A stretch of DNA of 64,000 nucleotides from Octopus sinensis (GCF_006345805.1 NC_042997.1:169694001-169758000); one strand, 5' to 3'; shown: positions 22,961-36,012, numbered from the stretch's first letter. Notes: generated by a model not told the origin, from the letters alone. Translations and numbers: made by a program.

Positions 22961-25900
22961 CATGCACACACACACACACACACACATTGAATTGAGGCTT
23001 TCAAATACTGAAAATAGTTGTTAGTTGTCGGAGCACTGCATCCTTCAAAACTTCCATGCTTTCTGAGATTCGCCAACACTACACCTGATTTTCTCCCCTC
23101 CATACACACACAAGCATGTATCTGACTCATACATTGTTCGCTTTCCAGACATTTGTACATTACTGCATATACTTTATACGCACTTTCTGACAAGTTGTGG
23201 TGCACCTGAGTACTGTATACAATAATTTCATTATTATTATTATTATACCAGTCTTATGAAATACAAAGAGCAAAAGAGCAAAAAATGGTGCAAACACACT
23301 CCACAAAATGTTTCTGAGAATGACTAAATGAACATACTTGGAGCTATGTCAATTCAAACACAGGCAAAAAAAGGTTAGGAAACAAAGAGGAAAACTGAAC
23401 TGGAGAGACAAGCCCAAACTAACTAGCAATATGGGGCATGGCTAAGTTACTTGGTGTCTGATTTGATTCTAAAATCCACATGGATAGGAACTGGGCTGAG
23501 GTAATGAGAATGTAGCCAACCTCTCTCAGAAATAGACTGAGTGAAAGCTGTTCCTGAAAAATCATACAGATGTGGCAAATACATTACATCCATTTCATTT
23601 TACACTCTGACCATTATGTCTTGCTCTAGTTTTTGTCTCACTAGGTTGGAATGTCTGAACATTTGCTTCTGGAACACTTCCAGATGCTTGCTTCCAGTGC
23701 CTCCTTAGCTGAAGGATCGCTATGTGGTAGTTGATGATACATAGACATGCATTGAGATTACATCATCAGCAAATATTCCTGGATGGTGAGCAGGTATGGT
23801 TGCCATCTGCCTGGCATACCTTTCCACAACTTGTCGTTGTAACAGAGTTACAGCTCTGAGTTATGCCAAAGCTAAAACTGGACATTTAGCATCAGGAATG
23901 TTGTCAGATGCTCACAGCCCTCTACCAGTCAGACGATGCAGCTGGTGGAATTTCTGTTGTGAGCTTTGTGTAGTTCTATACAATAGACAGTGGTTACAAT
24001 ATTCTTGGAAAACCCCTTCTCTATTCAAAATTGCTGACTTTGTGGCTACATCAGAAACAATTATGATTATTATCCCTTTCATGTTCTTAAGATGCTATCC
24101 AGTGCAAGTTATTTTTGTAAATAGTTGTTTGTATTTGAGTATTTCTTTGTGTGAATATATATGTGTACACAAACACACACACACACATGTACATAAGTAT
24201 GTACATACACACAATTTTTTTTTTTTAATATAATCAGTTTCAAAGCTCAATGAAAAACAGCTACATTTTAATTTGATTTTTCTGGGTATTTTCCTCTCAT
24301 ATCATCTCTTTGAACTACTTTAAGAGACAATACTAGTTTACTTTGAACAAATGAAAGAACCTCCATATAACCACTTGACCTGATAAAATTAATTAGCAAA
24401 CCATTCCCGTCTGATCTGCTTTCCTAGTGATCATGGTTTTGATCGTCCAAATTTGTGTTGCCTAATATGTCAATTTGTCACTCTACACTGATAACTGATC
24501 ATAGTTTGTTTGAAAATATGCTTTAAATTTCTAGATTTAATTTTATAATACTTTTTCGTCATCATTGTCATATCTGCATCCTCTTTTCCATACTTGCATA
24601 GGTCAGATGGAATTCATTGAGGCAGATTTTCTAAGGCTGGTTTTTTTTTACCTTGTTGCCAAACCTCACCTATTTCCAAGGAAGGTAATATTTCCCTTGG
24701 CTGAACATATTTTCACAGAAGACTGGAAATGAAGGACACTGCTTATAGAACAGTATTGCTCATTTACAACTATCACTTAATGGTGTACGTGCACATGCAT
24801 GCGCGTGCACACACACACACACACATGGTAGCTTCCTTCCATTACCAAATGCCAAATTCATTCTCATGTGGCTTTGGTTAGCCTGACAATTTGTCTTTTT
24901 GTAAAAATTCAGCCCTACTAGACCTTGTTTTTATATATCTTAGCATGGTTATATTTCCTATGCATCTCAATACTCATTGACAATATCTGTTGGCAGGTAA
25001 TCACTTCTGTTTTGAGTGATTGTGTAACAAGCCCAATTTTAACTTATCTTAGACACACTACTTATCTACATTATGCAAGTATCTAAGAACAAACAGGTTT
25101 ATATTATTGCTTTTCATTTTAAAAACTCTTTATATAGTGCCAATAAGAAAACTATGTGTGTGTGTGTGTGAAGAGAGATATTTAAACTACGAGGCAGAAA
25201 AAAATGCTGTTATCTTACATAAATAAAACAAAATAAAATTTCTTTGTTTAGTTGGGCTTTTTTGTTTTTTTCATCTTGTCTTTTGATAGCAAAATTTATT
25301 TAAACTTATCCGTTTGTCTCAGAAAGCTGCAAGTAGGTGCTTGCTACAAAAACTTGTGCAAACATCTGAATTTTTGAACTAACCAGTTTATGCTAACATG
25401 AAAGGGTGATAAACTGAAGAAAGGAAGAAGATTCCTTAAAACAGTTTTAACATCTCCAAATTTAAACTAATTTTAAGAAAGTAGAGAGTAAATTTGTGCT
25501 ATATCCTTTTGAAATAGAATAAATTTTCTATAAAAAATGTTTTCTCATCTAAATACGTGTTTCACAAACAATATACAGTAACTAATACATCATGATTAGT
25601 AATCTAGAAAAACTTTCTGTGGAAGCAATATGCACATTTATTTATCTTTTATTTTTTAGTGTTTTTGTCTTTTATGCTGCTCTTATATACAATACAGCAA
25701 ATGTTTTCATTTGTCTCTATTCTGCTTCAATTTTTCTTTTAAGTTCTAATCTACTTCTCAGATTTTAATCAGTCCACTCCTTTCTAATTAATAATTTATA
25801 TTATTCTCCATGCAATGCAGTATACCTCTTGAACAGTAAATTTTTTATACCCAGTTATTTCTTTGCTACATTTCAATTCAGTCTGCTTTTTTCCATTACA

Positions 25901-28787
25901 TATCCAATAAATGATATCTAACTTTTTATTCTGATGTTGTCCTCTGACATTACTGACCGATTTTCTCTGTCATTGTGTCACATATGTTATACTGTATGTC
26001 TTTTATACAAAGAGAATCCTTCACTAACAAGGTCTGTAATTTCTTAAAGTTTTCTTACCTTCCCCTATGCTGTCAGCAGCTCCATCCACAAACTGATTAT
26101 GTCACTTAGCTGATAAAACATATCTATTAATTCTTTGCTCACCTGCCATATAGACAGCTGTGGTTCATATTCTAGCCAAGAAACCTGAATTATTTCTGAG
26201 TCACAAAGGAATCATTACATAGTCATTTGGCTTGCTAGAAATATACCCGAGTTACCTTCAAATCAGTCTACTATCTTAAAAAGAGACTATGTGTTGCATA
26301 TTATAACAAATAAGACAGGACAGTCATGATTGGCTGACCTGGGGTTAAACAATAGCAACAAATACAGCAAACTTGTCCTGCCAGAAAAAAATAGCACTTT
26401 TGTTCTGAGAGCAATCCAAACTGTTTCTGTTTTATCCATATCAGTTTTAAAATCTTCTAATTTAGTTGTTAACTTCTCTATCATCTTCCTTATTTGATAG
26501 CTTATTTTCTATGCAGTTTTCTCTCTTCAGTACATCTCTTACTTATAACTAACAACTTTGCTTTCTGAGTCATCAAAAGAACCTCTTCTGAAATTTGTTT
26601 AAATAGGTGTGACCAGCCAATTGTGATCCTTCAAGCATCTCAGTAACTAACTGAACATGTTTGTTTAATCAAATTACTGTGCCATTTCTAGTACCTACTT
26701 CTAACTCTTATGTTGGTGGCACAAGTTCCTTTATTGCCATCAGTGTAAGAAGTCTCTCTGTAACCTAACTTGTTACAATATTCTATAAGAACCATAGCAT
26801 ATCAAAAAGCAACTAGTAACGGTTGCCACATATTTCACTCTAACATAATTGGCAAGGCTTGCCACATATTTCAATCTGGACCTAGCATCTTCAAGATTCT
26901 GACTTTTAATCTATTTCCTACCGAGTATTTCTTTGTTGTTAGTCTTGAGCTACAGATTCTCCTACTATCAGTATACAGTACTTTTTCTCTGAAACTTATT
27001 GTCCATTCACATCACATGTCTGTAACAGCAAAATCATTTCTCTTACATCTGCTGATCAAGGGAAATAGCAATAATAATTAAAGTGTTAGTTTAATGTTGT
27101 GTCATATACAAGGTTAGCATGAAGCAAAGATATAAGTTTAAGCTCTGCTCATTGTAAAGATCAGAGGTTATATGGTGGTGTTGGCATATTAAAACTGATA
27201 GATGGATAGATTAATGTCACACAGATTGTTAGAAAAGCTAATTGCATCTTTTTGTTACTATGTATGGGGAATAATAATAATAACAATTATTTCTCATTTA
27301 ATGTTATTATATACACTGAATAATTTCTTATTTAGGATTGGAAGCTAAACTTATGAAGAAATAATGCTGCAAAATTGTCTAATTAATGTCTTTTCCTAGG
27401 GCTTTCACATGATAAATGTGATTATTTCAGTGCGGTATCAGTTTGATATTGTAAATTGTGACAAAACTAACTTACATAATATGTTTCAGATAAATATTTC
27501 TATGTCTGAAAATTTATCTCATCAATGAAGACATTGCTGACAAGCGATAAAAGACTTAAAAAGTGTATAATTTTGAAAGATGAAGTTTAGTTGTTGTGAA
27601 GTAGAAATTAGGAAACCAAATCTTTAGTAAAGTTTAGCATTATGGAATTTTACAAAAATTAGTTATGTTTCCAAGAAGAAAATACAGAAAATTGAAACAT
27701 TATTTTGAGAAAGGAGTGAGTTATTCAAGTTTTTTTGTTTGTTTTTTGTTTCTCTTGGAAACCTATATAAGTTAGAAATGAACTTTTTTTTTACATCTTT
27801 GTTTAGTTTTAAATATATAATGGTAATGGTTTCCCTCTGTACATCAAATTTGTCTTGTACAGCTGTAAAGTATTATTCTTCTTGTCGATGATTATGTATT
27901 GATAAAAATAATTCTTTTCTTACATCTCCATAGTATAATCTTTTGTTGCTATGGTCAAAATTGAAGAGTTTTACACAAATCAATATCTTGGAAATTTCTT
28001 CTTCACCATAATTGTGGTGTCATAAGATGACAATTTCTCAGTTTCTCTTCATAATATGGAAAAACATTTCAGCTCACCTGTAGATTCTATCACATGCTAT
28101 TACACTTCCTGTAATTTCAGCTTGCCACTTACTAGAGGAAGTAGTTATGCGAAGGAAATGTAATTGCTCTCAGCATTATCGTATAAAACATATCTAGCAT
28201 TAATATGAAATCATGCTTTGTACTAAAATTTATTAGAGGAGAATAGATTTATTAAAAGATAATGGATTACAATTAAATATTTAGGTTTGTTAACATTGAG
28301 GAAAATTATTATACTAAATATTAAAGTGGTATGAATTGAAATAAAGGAATTAGTTAAGAATTAACTTTCAAAAACAGTTAGTTAACATTTTCATATCAAA
28401 TATGAAAATATAAAAGACCACATTTGGATTGGTATTATATGACAATAAAAACTCTAGCTTGAACTCCACAACTCTTTTCCATGCTACATTGTCCTTCCTC
28501 AGGATACGATGTCCTTAGAAATTCATTCAGATATACATAAATGTTTCTAAGCAGAACAGAAAATCAAATAGTTTTAAGAACAAGGTTAGAAAATCCTAGA
28601 TTAGAGCTTATAATTGTGATCTCTCTTTAGAAATGATGTTTAATTTCAGAATAATCTTGGTATATTGACTAAAAAGTGCCCCTAGTGATTTCTAGTTTGT
28701 TGAGGTAGAATAAGAATAAGTGAATGAAAACTACATATAGGTTGGTGTCTAGAGGAGGTATCAGAGAAATTACAAGTAAACTCATAT

Positions 28788-29168
28788 AAAGAAATTTGAT
28801 CACATTAGTCTTTTATCTTTTACTTGGACTGCAGCCATGTTGGAGCGCTGCCTTGAAGGATTTAGTTAAGTAAATCAACGCCAATACTTATTTTTATACC
28901 TGGTACATATTATGTTATTCCTTCCTAAACTGCTAAGTTATAGGAACATAAACAAACCAACACCAGTTGTCTAGTGGTGGTTGTTGGGTTTAAACAAACA
29001 CAGGTGCACATAAGCATGAAGGGCTTCCACAGTTTCTATCTACCAGATTCATTCATAAAGCATCTGTTAACCTGGGTCTGTAGTAGAAGACACCCAAAGT
29101 GTTGCACTATGGGACTGGATCTGAAACTATATGGGTGACAAAGCAAGCATCTTAACCACACAGCTATG
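28788..29168 (-). mobile_element. SINE family A, diverged
   Basis: Reverse-complement tail (CTTTTACTTGGACTGCAGCCATG) and head (CTTAACCACACAGCTATG). Confidence 0.75.
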
Positions 29169-29201
29169 CATGTATGCATATATATATATATATATATATA
29201 T

Positions 29202-29634
29202 CATCATCATCATTGTTTAGCGTCCGCTTTCCATGCTAGCATGGGTTGAATGGTTCAACTGGGGTCTGAGAAGCCAGAAGGCTGCACTAGGCCCAGTCTG
29301 ATCTGGCAATGTTTCTACGGCTGGATGCCCTTCCTAACACCAACCACTCTGTGAGTGTAGTGGGTGCTTTTTATGTGCCACTGGCACAGGTGCCAGACGA
29401 GGCTGGCAAACGGCCACGATCGGATGGTGCTTTTTACGCGCCGCCGGCATGGACGCCAGGCGAGGCTGTTAATGGCCACAATCGGATGGTGCTTTTTATG
29501 TGCCACTGGCATGGAGGCTAGTTAGGGTGGCACTAGCAACAGCCACATTCGGATGGTTCACTTACATGCCACCGGCACTGGTATCACAGCTACAATTTCC
29601 ATTGATGTTGATCGATTTTGATTTTGATTTTGAT
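29202..29634 (-). mobile_element. RTE LINE 3' UTR fragment
   Basis: (CAT)n tail next to (TA)n; ends at the (GATTTT)n tract. Confidence 0.9.
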
Positions 29635-29891
29635 TGAGTCATTGGCACCTCTGGTGGATTAGAGAATGGACTGGCCAAACTCTTATAAAGAGTAGAGATC
29701 GGTGGTAGTAGTAAGAGAGAGCATTTTGGTAGTCTTGCGAAGTGCATTGTGTGAACACATTGATTAAACCTCTGCATAATTTATCTGTGCCAACCTGTGG
29801 TAGGGTATAAAAGAGGCAATGAAATATTCGAAGCTTGCATAAGATGGTTAAATTTTTTTTGGTACAAAACTAATTTAAAAAAATATTTAAC

Positions 29892-32577
29892 ATGGAAGAC
29901 TTGTTGGCTCAGATGATACGGTTGCAACAGCAACAATAGCAGTTATAACAACTACAACAACAATACCAACAGTTACTGGAAGTAACGTTGAAGAAGTTTG
30001 AAAATATTTCAGGTTCATTCTTGTCAGACAGTGTCGCAAATTCAATTAAAGAATTTATTTATAACCCAGAAGAAGGTATTAATTTTTCTTCGTATTTTCG
30101 AAGATACAAAGAAATCTTCAAAGAAGAATGTAAACATTGGAATAATGAGAAGGTGCGCCTGCTTTTAAGAAAGTTATCCCCTGCCAAACATGAAAAATAC
30201 TGCAACAATATTCTGCCAAAGACACCAGGCGAGATTTGTTTCACTGAAACAGTTAATTTGTTATCAAGAATTTTCAGTGAAAGAAGTTCCCTGTTCAATA
30301 CTCGTTGGCAGTATTTAAATTTAGTTAAAAAAGATGAAGATTTTGTCACCTATGCTGGGTGTGAAAAATTCAAATTACCATAAAAACCTATGTGATTTGC
30401 GTACCTGTGTAATTTACACAGGTGATTTTCAGGATAAAATTTGTCAAAAAATGAGCTTCTACTTGTGTAAAATTCACACCCAAAAGTTTTTAGAACTGCC
30501 AATATAGCCTGGGGGAAAAGGTTTTCAGTTCAGTTGTATTTAGCATAATTTATTAAATTTTCATTAAATAAAAATAATTTCTGTTTAACAGGCATTACAT
30601 TGAAAGCTTTTAAATTACGAAGTGTTTGTGTTGTTTATAAACTTTGTTTTACATTTCTTGCCCACAAGAGATTATGTCCAATCTTTAGTATACTGATGTA
30701 TGTCTTCTCAAATCACAATCACAGGAAAAGTTGTTGATAAGAATGAGCAACAAAAACAAAGCTGATAAATACGCACAGGTGTTGCAAATTAAGTTTAATT
30801 ACCAATAAACATCAGCTTGGATGACACTTTGCTCAACCAACAGAGGAAGGTGACCAATCAAACTGATTATGCAAACAGAATTATTTTCTGCTTATACTTG
30901 TTGGAACCTTTGATATGGAGTGTTAAAACTTTAATCCCTATCACATTTATAAAATGTGAAGTAAACTTTAAAATTTGTCATTACTATTATTGTCAGTGTG
31001 GGCAGAATTTTTTAATCATTTATCAAAGGAGAAATTAAATATGCTGAATATGCATTTGAACATGGCAATAGAGCTGCTGCCAAAAGGTATTTTAATGTTC
31101 GAAATTGGTATAGACAGTATGACAAAGTTAAAACTGTGCCTAGTAATAAACAGACAAAAATAAAAATATACAATCAAGATTATCCATATCATTATATTTT
31201 TTCAGTCAGGAATATCCATATCACTATGTATGTCAATGGCGCTCCATTGCGATAGGTAGAAACTCCAAGCAATGTAAAATATGGCCTGGACCGTGTTTAC
31301 CAGCATAAGCATCAGACTTCAAAAAGTAGTTGACCATTTAATGGTTTCAGTAAATTTATACAGAAAATGTATTATACCATCCAGCATAAAAAAGTCATCT
31401 TCATTATATTTATGCTATTATTTTTTCTGGTACAAATGTTTACATTTTGTATGTCGTTTCTCAATAAAAAAAATATCAAAAGAATTCTGGAAGCGATCTA
31501 CTCACATAATTTACGCACTCCCTAAAGTTTATTTTTATTTTTGTGGAAAAAAGTGCGGAAATTACATGGGTTTTTATGGTAAATGAATTAACCCTGGATT
31601 TGTTCAAATGTCTAATTTTTGTTCAAGGGTTAACAGCAAGAGGAAGATGCTGATATACATTCCCATGTATTAACAAAATTAGAACAGGATTAAAAATTAA
31701 CTCTACAGGCAATGGCTGAAGAATGCCTGAGAATTATAAATTTAAGGCCTAACACAGATAAAATTGTAGAAAAAGATACATGCATATCAAAGATACATGT
31801 GTTGTCCTTTTTAAAAATTGTAAATGTTTTGATTGTGAAAAAAACAGTTAATTTACAAAAGACAGGTACAGCCTTATGGTAGGTTTTATTTAACATTCAA
31901 TACAGCATACTTCACAGTATGATATACAATAAAAGTAGACAGCATGGCCACAGCTTGTGAGCTGAAACTAAATAAAATAAAAAATGATGCCAAGAGTTAA
32001 TCATGAACAATGAAACATCTAATGAGGACAAACTTTAGATACAAATGCAAATCATGCTGTTTATGACAACTGGACATAAAAATTCACATTGTATAGTGAA
32101 ACAAAAAATGAGTCAAACAAAAAAAAATGCTAGAAAGAATGTAAAAGAATGTATTGCTAAAAAAAAAATTGTAAGTGATGCTCAGAAAGAAAATTTGTGT
32201 CCATAAAAATGAATAACATGGATATCAAGTTACAGTTACATACAGGCAGTGGTATCACAATAATCAATAGCCACATGGAGAAAAATGGGGAAACATTGAA
32301 AATTGCACAGGATGTTTCAGGAAAAAAGTTGCATCTTATGGGTGAAATGATCAGTAATGTGACATTTTGTGGAAAAACTTTGAAAGCCAAGATTTTTGTG
32401 CTGAAAAATACAACATTTATTTGGAACAGATTGGATGAAACTATTTAACTTATGGGATCTACCCATATATATTTTTTGTAAGAATGTGGATGGTTCTTCC
32501 ACCAGTACAAATAAGGTGTCAGAGGATTTGAAAAAAGTTTTTCCTGAAGTTTTTTTTCTGAGGAATTGGGTCTTTGG
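29892..32577 (+). pseudogene. Ty3/Gypsy gag-protease remnant interrupted by two insertions
   Basis: Gag ANSIKEFIYNPEEG..KVRLLLRKL..SLFNTRW..CEKFKL | NELTLDLFKCLIFVQGLTA..LTKLEQD; split CCHC knuckle (CFDCEK | TGHKNSHC); protease LQLHTGSGITII (D-T-G decayed to H-T-G); LFNLWDLPI..LKKVFPEVF. Confidence 0.85.
30378..31579 (+). mobile_element. pogo-like DNA transposon deletion derivative with Brinker-type DNA-binding remnant
   Basis: 27-bp imperfect TIRs CCATAAAAACCTATGTGATTTGCGTAC versus reverse complement CCATAAAAACCCATGTAATTTCCGCAC; TA TSD at 30376-30377 and 31580-31581; AEYAFEHGNRAAAKRYFNVRNWYRQ at about 31037-31140. Confidence 0.82.
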
Positions 32578-32802
32578 GATCTTTTCGGTTTGAATGGCAG
32601 TTTTTAACGTAATTTCTAGGTAACTAAAAAATTTTAAACTTCGTATACTGGTAGAATGTGTCTATAAAACATCTTTTTCTCTTGGCTTTATTGAGAAAAT
32701 TCTACATTTTGTAAGATATTTGTTGTTTTTTTCTTCAATTTCTGCAATTTCAACCAATTAAATACATCTATTGAGGTAAAAAACAAGGAATGAAACCAGT
32801 AT

Positions 32803-32925
32803 GATCTGATGGATGTGTAATGTCAGTGTGCATACTCGACAGAGTGTAAGTACCTTGTGAGAAAAGTTGGATCTAAGAAGCATCAAATGTAGTGTGCAAG
32901 AGTGATGACTGTGCTGGTATGCTGA
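32803..32925 (+). mobile_element. Old RTE ORF2 C-terminal fragment
   Basis: Translates WMCNVSVHTRQSVSTL*EKLDLRSIKCSVQE, matching the RTE ORFs in this window. Confidence 0.8.
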
Positions 32926-33601
32926 TGGAGTAATGTAATAGGTGTAAGAAGGTTTGATATAATTGACAGATCAGAAATTTGAGGAAATATTATTAGTATG
33001 CTGGCACCTTAATCTTACAAACTCTGCACTTCTATTATGCTATCATAAATATCAGGCTACTAATTGTGATAGTAGTTAAATGGTATTATTTCTGCTACTT
33101 AATGTAAAAACAGGTTCTATTCATTTACGATGAGAATAGTAATGAACTGATTCAAGATAAAAGTAAGTGCTTTGAGGTAATATTAACAAAAAGAATTGCA
33201 AACAAGACACTGTTACATCATAGATGTTACTAATTAATATTCAAGACAATTATTTTATAAAATCCACCCATTGGAGTGGTTGCTTTTCTTATCACATACA
33301 GCTTTAACAAAGATCAATCTTGATATCTCGTGCTTTAAATTTTTTTTTTTATGTTTTACTAGTTCAACATAAGTTGCACTTCCTTTGTGTACTTCTTTTT
33401 ATCAATATTTAAGTGGTAAATGAAAGAGAATTCACTCTGTGTGGTATCTAAACAGTGAAATCAGTCTCCAAATTTTTGTCAGTAAGTATTAATACATGTT
33501 AACCTGTTTTTATGCCAACTAAGCTGCTTATTTATGTTAGTAACAATAATGTTAAAATTTACTACAGCATTTATTCATGTTATTATTTTACAATCTCTGT
33601 C

Positions 33602-33642
<41 letters not shown>

Positions 33643-33647
33643 CACAC

Positions 33648-34131
33648 ATCATCATCATCATCATCGTTTAACGTCTGCTTTCCATGCTAGCATGGGTTGG
33701 ACGATTCAACTGGGGTCTGGGAAGCCCGAAGGCTGCACCAGGCCAGTCAGATCAAGCAGTGTTTCTACAGCTGGATGTAGTGTAGTGGATGCTTTTTATG
33801 TGACACAGGTGCCAGGCGAGGCTGGCACAGCCACGATCGGATGGTGTTTGTTACGTGCCACCAGCACAGAGGCCAGTCGATGCGGTGCTGGCTATGGCCA
33901 CGTTCTGATGGTTCTCTTATGTGCCACCGGCACTGGTACCACAAACTACAAATTCCATTGATGTTGATCGATTTCGATTTTGATTTGATTTTTTGATTCT
34001 TTGATTTTCACTTGCCTCAACAGGTCTTCACAAGTATAGTTATATGTCCCAAGAAGGAAGGTATGCACCGGTGGACTGACTACGTCCCAGGTAGGGGCCA
34101 CGGGTTATGGCCTCACTTGTCCTGCCGGGTC
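33648..34131 (-). mobile_element. RTE LINE 3' fragment (same subfamily as the 2290 copy)
   Basis: (CAT)n tail; shares GGTGGACTGACTACGTCCCAGGTAGGGGCCACGGG with 2781-2815. Confidence 0.9.
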
Positions 34132-34140
34132 TTTGGGTGT

Positions 34141-35121
34141 ATGGAAAATTTTTTTTAAATATTAACTCTAACCGGTTTTCATCGCAATGCAAATTTTCAA
34201 GAATTGAAAGGTGAAAAGAAAATTTTTTTTTAATTTAGGAGGGGGAAAAAAGAAATTTACATTGATTTTTGCAAAAAAATAATAATAAACATATACAAAA
34301 ATTTAAAAATAGGTATACCGATACATTGTAAAGTCTTTATGTATCTTGAGTTCAATGATAGTCCTTGGAAAAATTACCTTGGAGGATTAAGATTCAGGTA
34401 ATTAAACGTGGTGTTTAATTTAGGATGCTTGTTAAATGAATGTCAAAACAGAGAATGGGGTAGGAATTATCCAGTTCCTGTGGATAAGGGGTGACAACTC
34501 TGGATTTTATGCTCTTCAATTGGGATTATCAATTTTTTGTCAGATAGGATGTTAGAAAAAAGAAGTATGATCATCGTGGAGTTTGCATATTAAGATGCGT
34601 TTTGAATTTTTCAATAAAAAGATTCTCCTTGTTAATTCTTTCTTGTGTAGTGATTCCGTCTTTACATTGGTAGAAGGGGAATATGTAAAATTTAGGATTT
34701 TTGTCTTTAGTGCACAAGTCTATGTGGCTACTTAGTGGAATTTGACGGTATTCTAGGAGATTTATTTGTTCTTTATGGACCGCTACTCTTTTACGTAAAG
34801 GGAGGCTTGTTTGTCCAACATAATTATGTTGGCAACTGGCGCATGTGTGAACGTAGATAAAGTTCTCGGAGGAACAGGAGAAGTTGGTCTTGATTTTAAA
34901 CTTTGTTCCTTGTTTGAAAGTAAATTCAGAGCCTTCAAGTAGGAAGGGGCAGGTGCCACAGTTCGGGCATGCACATTTTTTAACTGATGAGGGTGGATGT
35001 GATGTGTGAAGTTTGGCATTTGTCAAGAGTTTTTTTCAAAGATCTATGTTGCCTTTTACATTTGAGGATTTTATGTGTATTGATAATATTATTCATTTTT
35101 GGGGTCTGTGGACAGTAGAGT
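34141..35121 (-). mobile_element. 5'-truncated Penelope-like element (endonuclease end, 3' region and decayed hammerhead)
   Basis: GIY-YIG ORF, upstream linker KRQHRSLKK(L)LTNAK with one frameshift in an A7 run, and a hammerhead-like motif at 34164-34205; 5' end at a (TA)-rich array. Confidence 0.85.
34571..35026 (-). CDS. PLE GIY-YIG endonuclease domain with Cys-rich zinc-finger motifs (fragment)
   Basis: CxCxxCxxC, then [35 protein letters not shown] and [10 protein letters not shown]: the GIY-YIG signature with the Cys/His pattern typical of PLE endonucleases. Confidence 0.85.
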   Translation of the reverse strand: MTNAKLHTSHPPSSVKKCACPNCGTCPFLLEGSEFTFKQGTKFKIKTNFSCSSENFIYVHTCASCQHNYVGQTSLPLRKRVAVHKEQINLLEYRQIPLSSHIDLCTKDKNPKFYIFPFYQCKDGITTQERINKENLFIEKFKTHLNMQTPR

Positions 35122-35124
35122 AAA

Positions 35125-35176
35125 TGTATATATATACATGTATATATATAGATGTATATATATATATATACGTGTG

Positions 35177-35216
<40 letters not shown>

Positions 35217-35288
35217 TATATATACGTGTGTATGTATATATATATATATACATATACATGTATATGTATACATATACATGTATATGTA

Positions 35289-35320
<32 letters not shown>

Positions 35321-35398
35321 GATATATATACGTGTGTATGTATGTATATATATATATATACATATACATGTATATGTATACATATACATGTATATGTA

Positions 35399-35443
<45 letters not shown>

Positions 35444-35610
35444 ATGTATACATATACATGTATATGTATACATATACATGTATATGTATACATATACATG
35501 TATATGTATACATATACATGTATATGTATACATATACATGTATATGTATACATATACATGTATATGTATACATATACATGTATATGTATACATGCATACA
35601 TATATATACC
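35125..35610. repeat. Compound (TA)/(CA) minisatellite with a 20-bp self-complementary unit
   Basis: CATATACATGTATATGTATA tandem array at about 35435-35590, plus larger repeated blocks at about 35214-35435. Confidence 0.9.
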
Positions 35611-35629
35611 CATACACACACATATACAT

Positions 35630-35930
35630 AGGTGTGGCTGTGTGGTAAGTTCCAAAACACATGGTCCTGGGTTCAGTCCCACTCTGTGGTAACTTGGCAT
35701 GTGTCTTCTGCTATACCCTCAGACCATATGTATGTATGTAAATGTATGTGTGTGTCTTTGTCTCTGTGTTTCTCCCTTATCACTGCTTCACAACTGCTGT
35801 TTGTTTATTTACATCCCCATAACTTTCTGATTTGACAAGAAAAAACTGATAGAATAAGTACCAGACTTATCAAAATGAAAAACAAAGCACTGGGGTCAAT
35901 TCATTTGGCAAAAAATTCTTCAAGGCAGTG
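35630..35930 (+). mobile_element. SINE family A, diverged
   Basis: GGTGTGGCTGTGTGGTAAG head and GGGTTCAGTCCC B-box-like motif. Confidence 0.75.
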
Positions 35931-35979
35931 TCTCATATTTCTGTTTGCCCACTCAGTTGTATCTATCAATTTATCTTTT

Positions 35980-36012
<33 letters not shown>

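Noticed and set aside
23400-24233. Coding-like stretch including a minus-strand GIFADDVI peptide
   Set aside because: An isolated FADD-like match with no other RT motifs; multiple stops.
27800-28190. Minus-strand open stretches with a CAG|GTGAGC donor
   Set aside because: No recognisable protein, frames broken; cannot distinguish exon, pseudogene or chance.
29640-29880. Possible Gypsy LTR
   Set aside because: No matching second LTR, TG..CA termini or clear primer-binding site found.
35089-35700. Long ORFs of YI/IY/CV repeats here and at 38046-38643, 40683-41075, 1797, 2179, 5547 and 47053
   Set aside because: Stop-free translations of (TA)n/(CA)n microsatellites, not genes.
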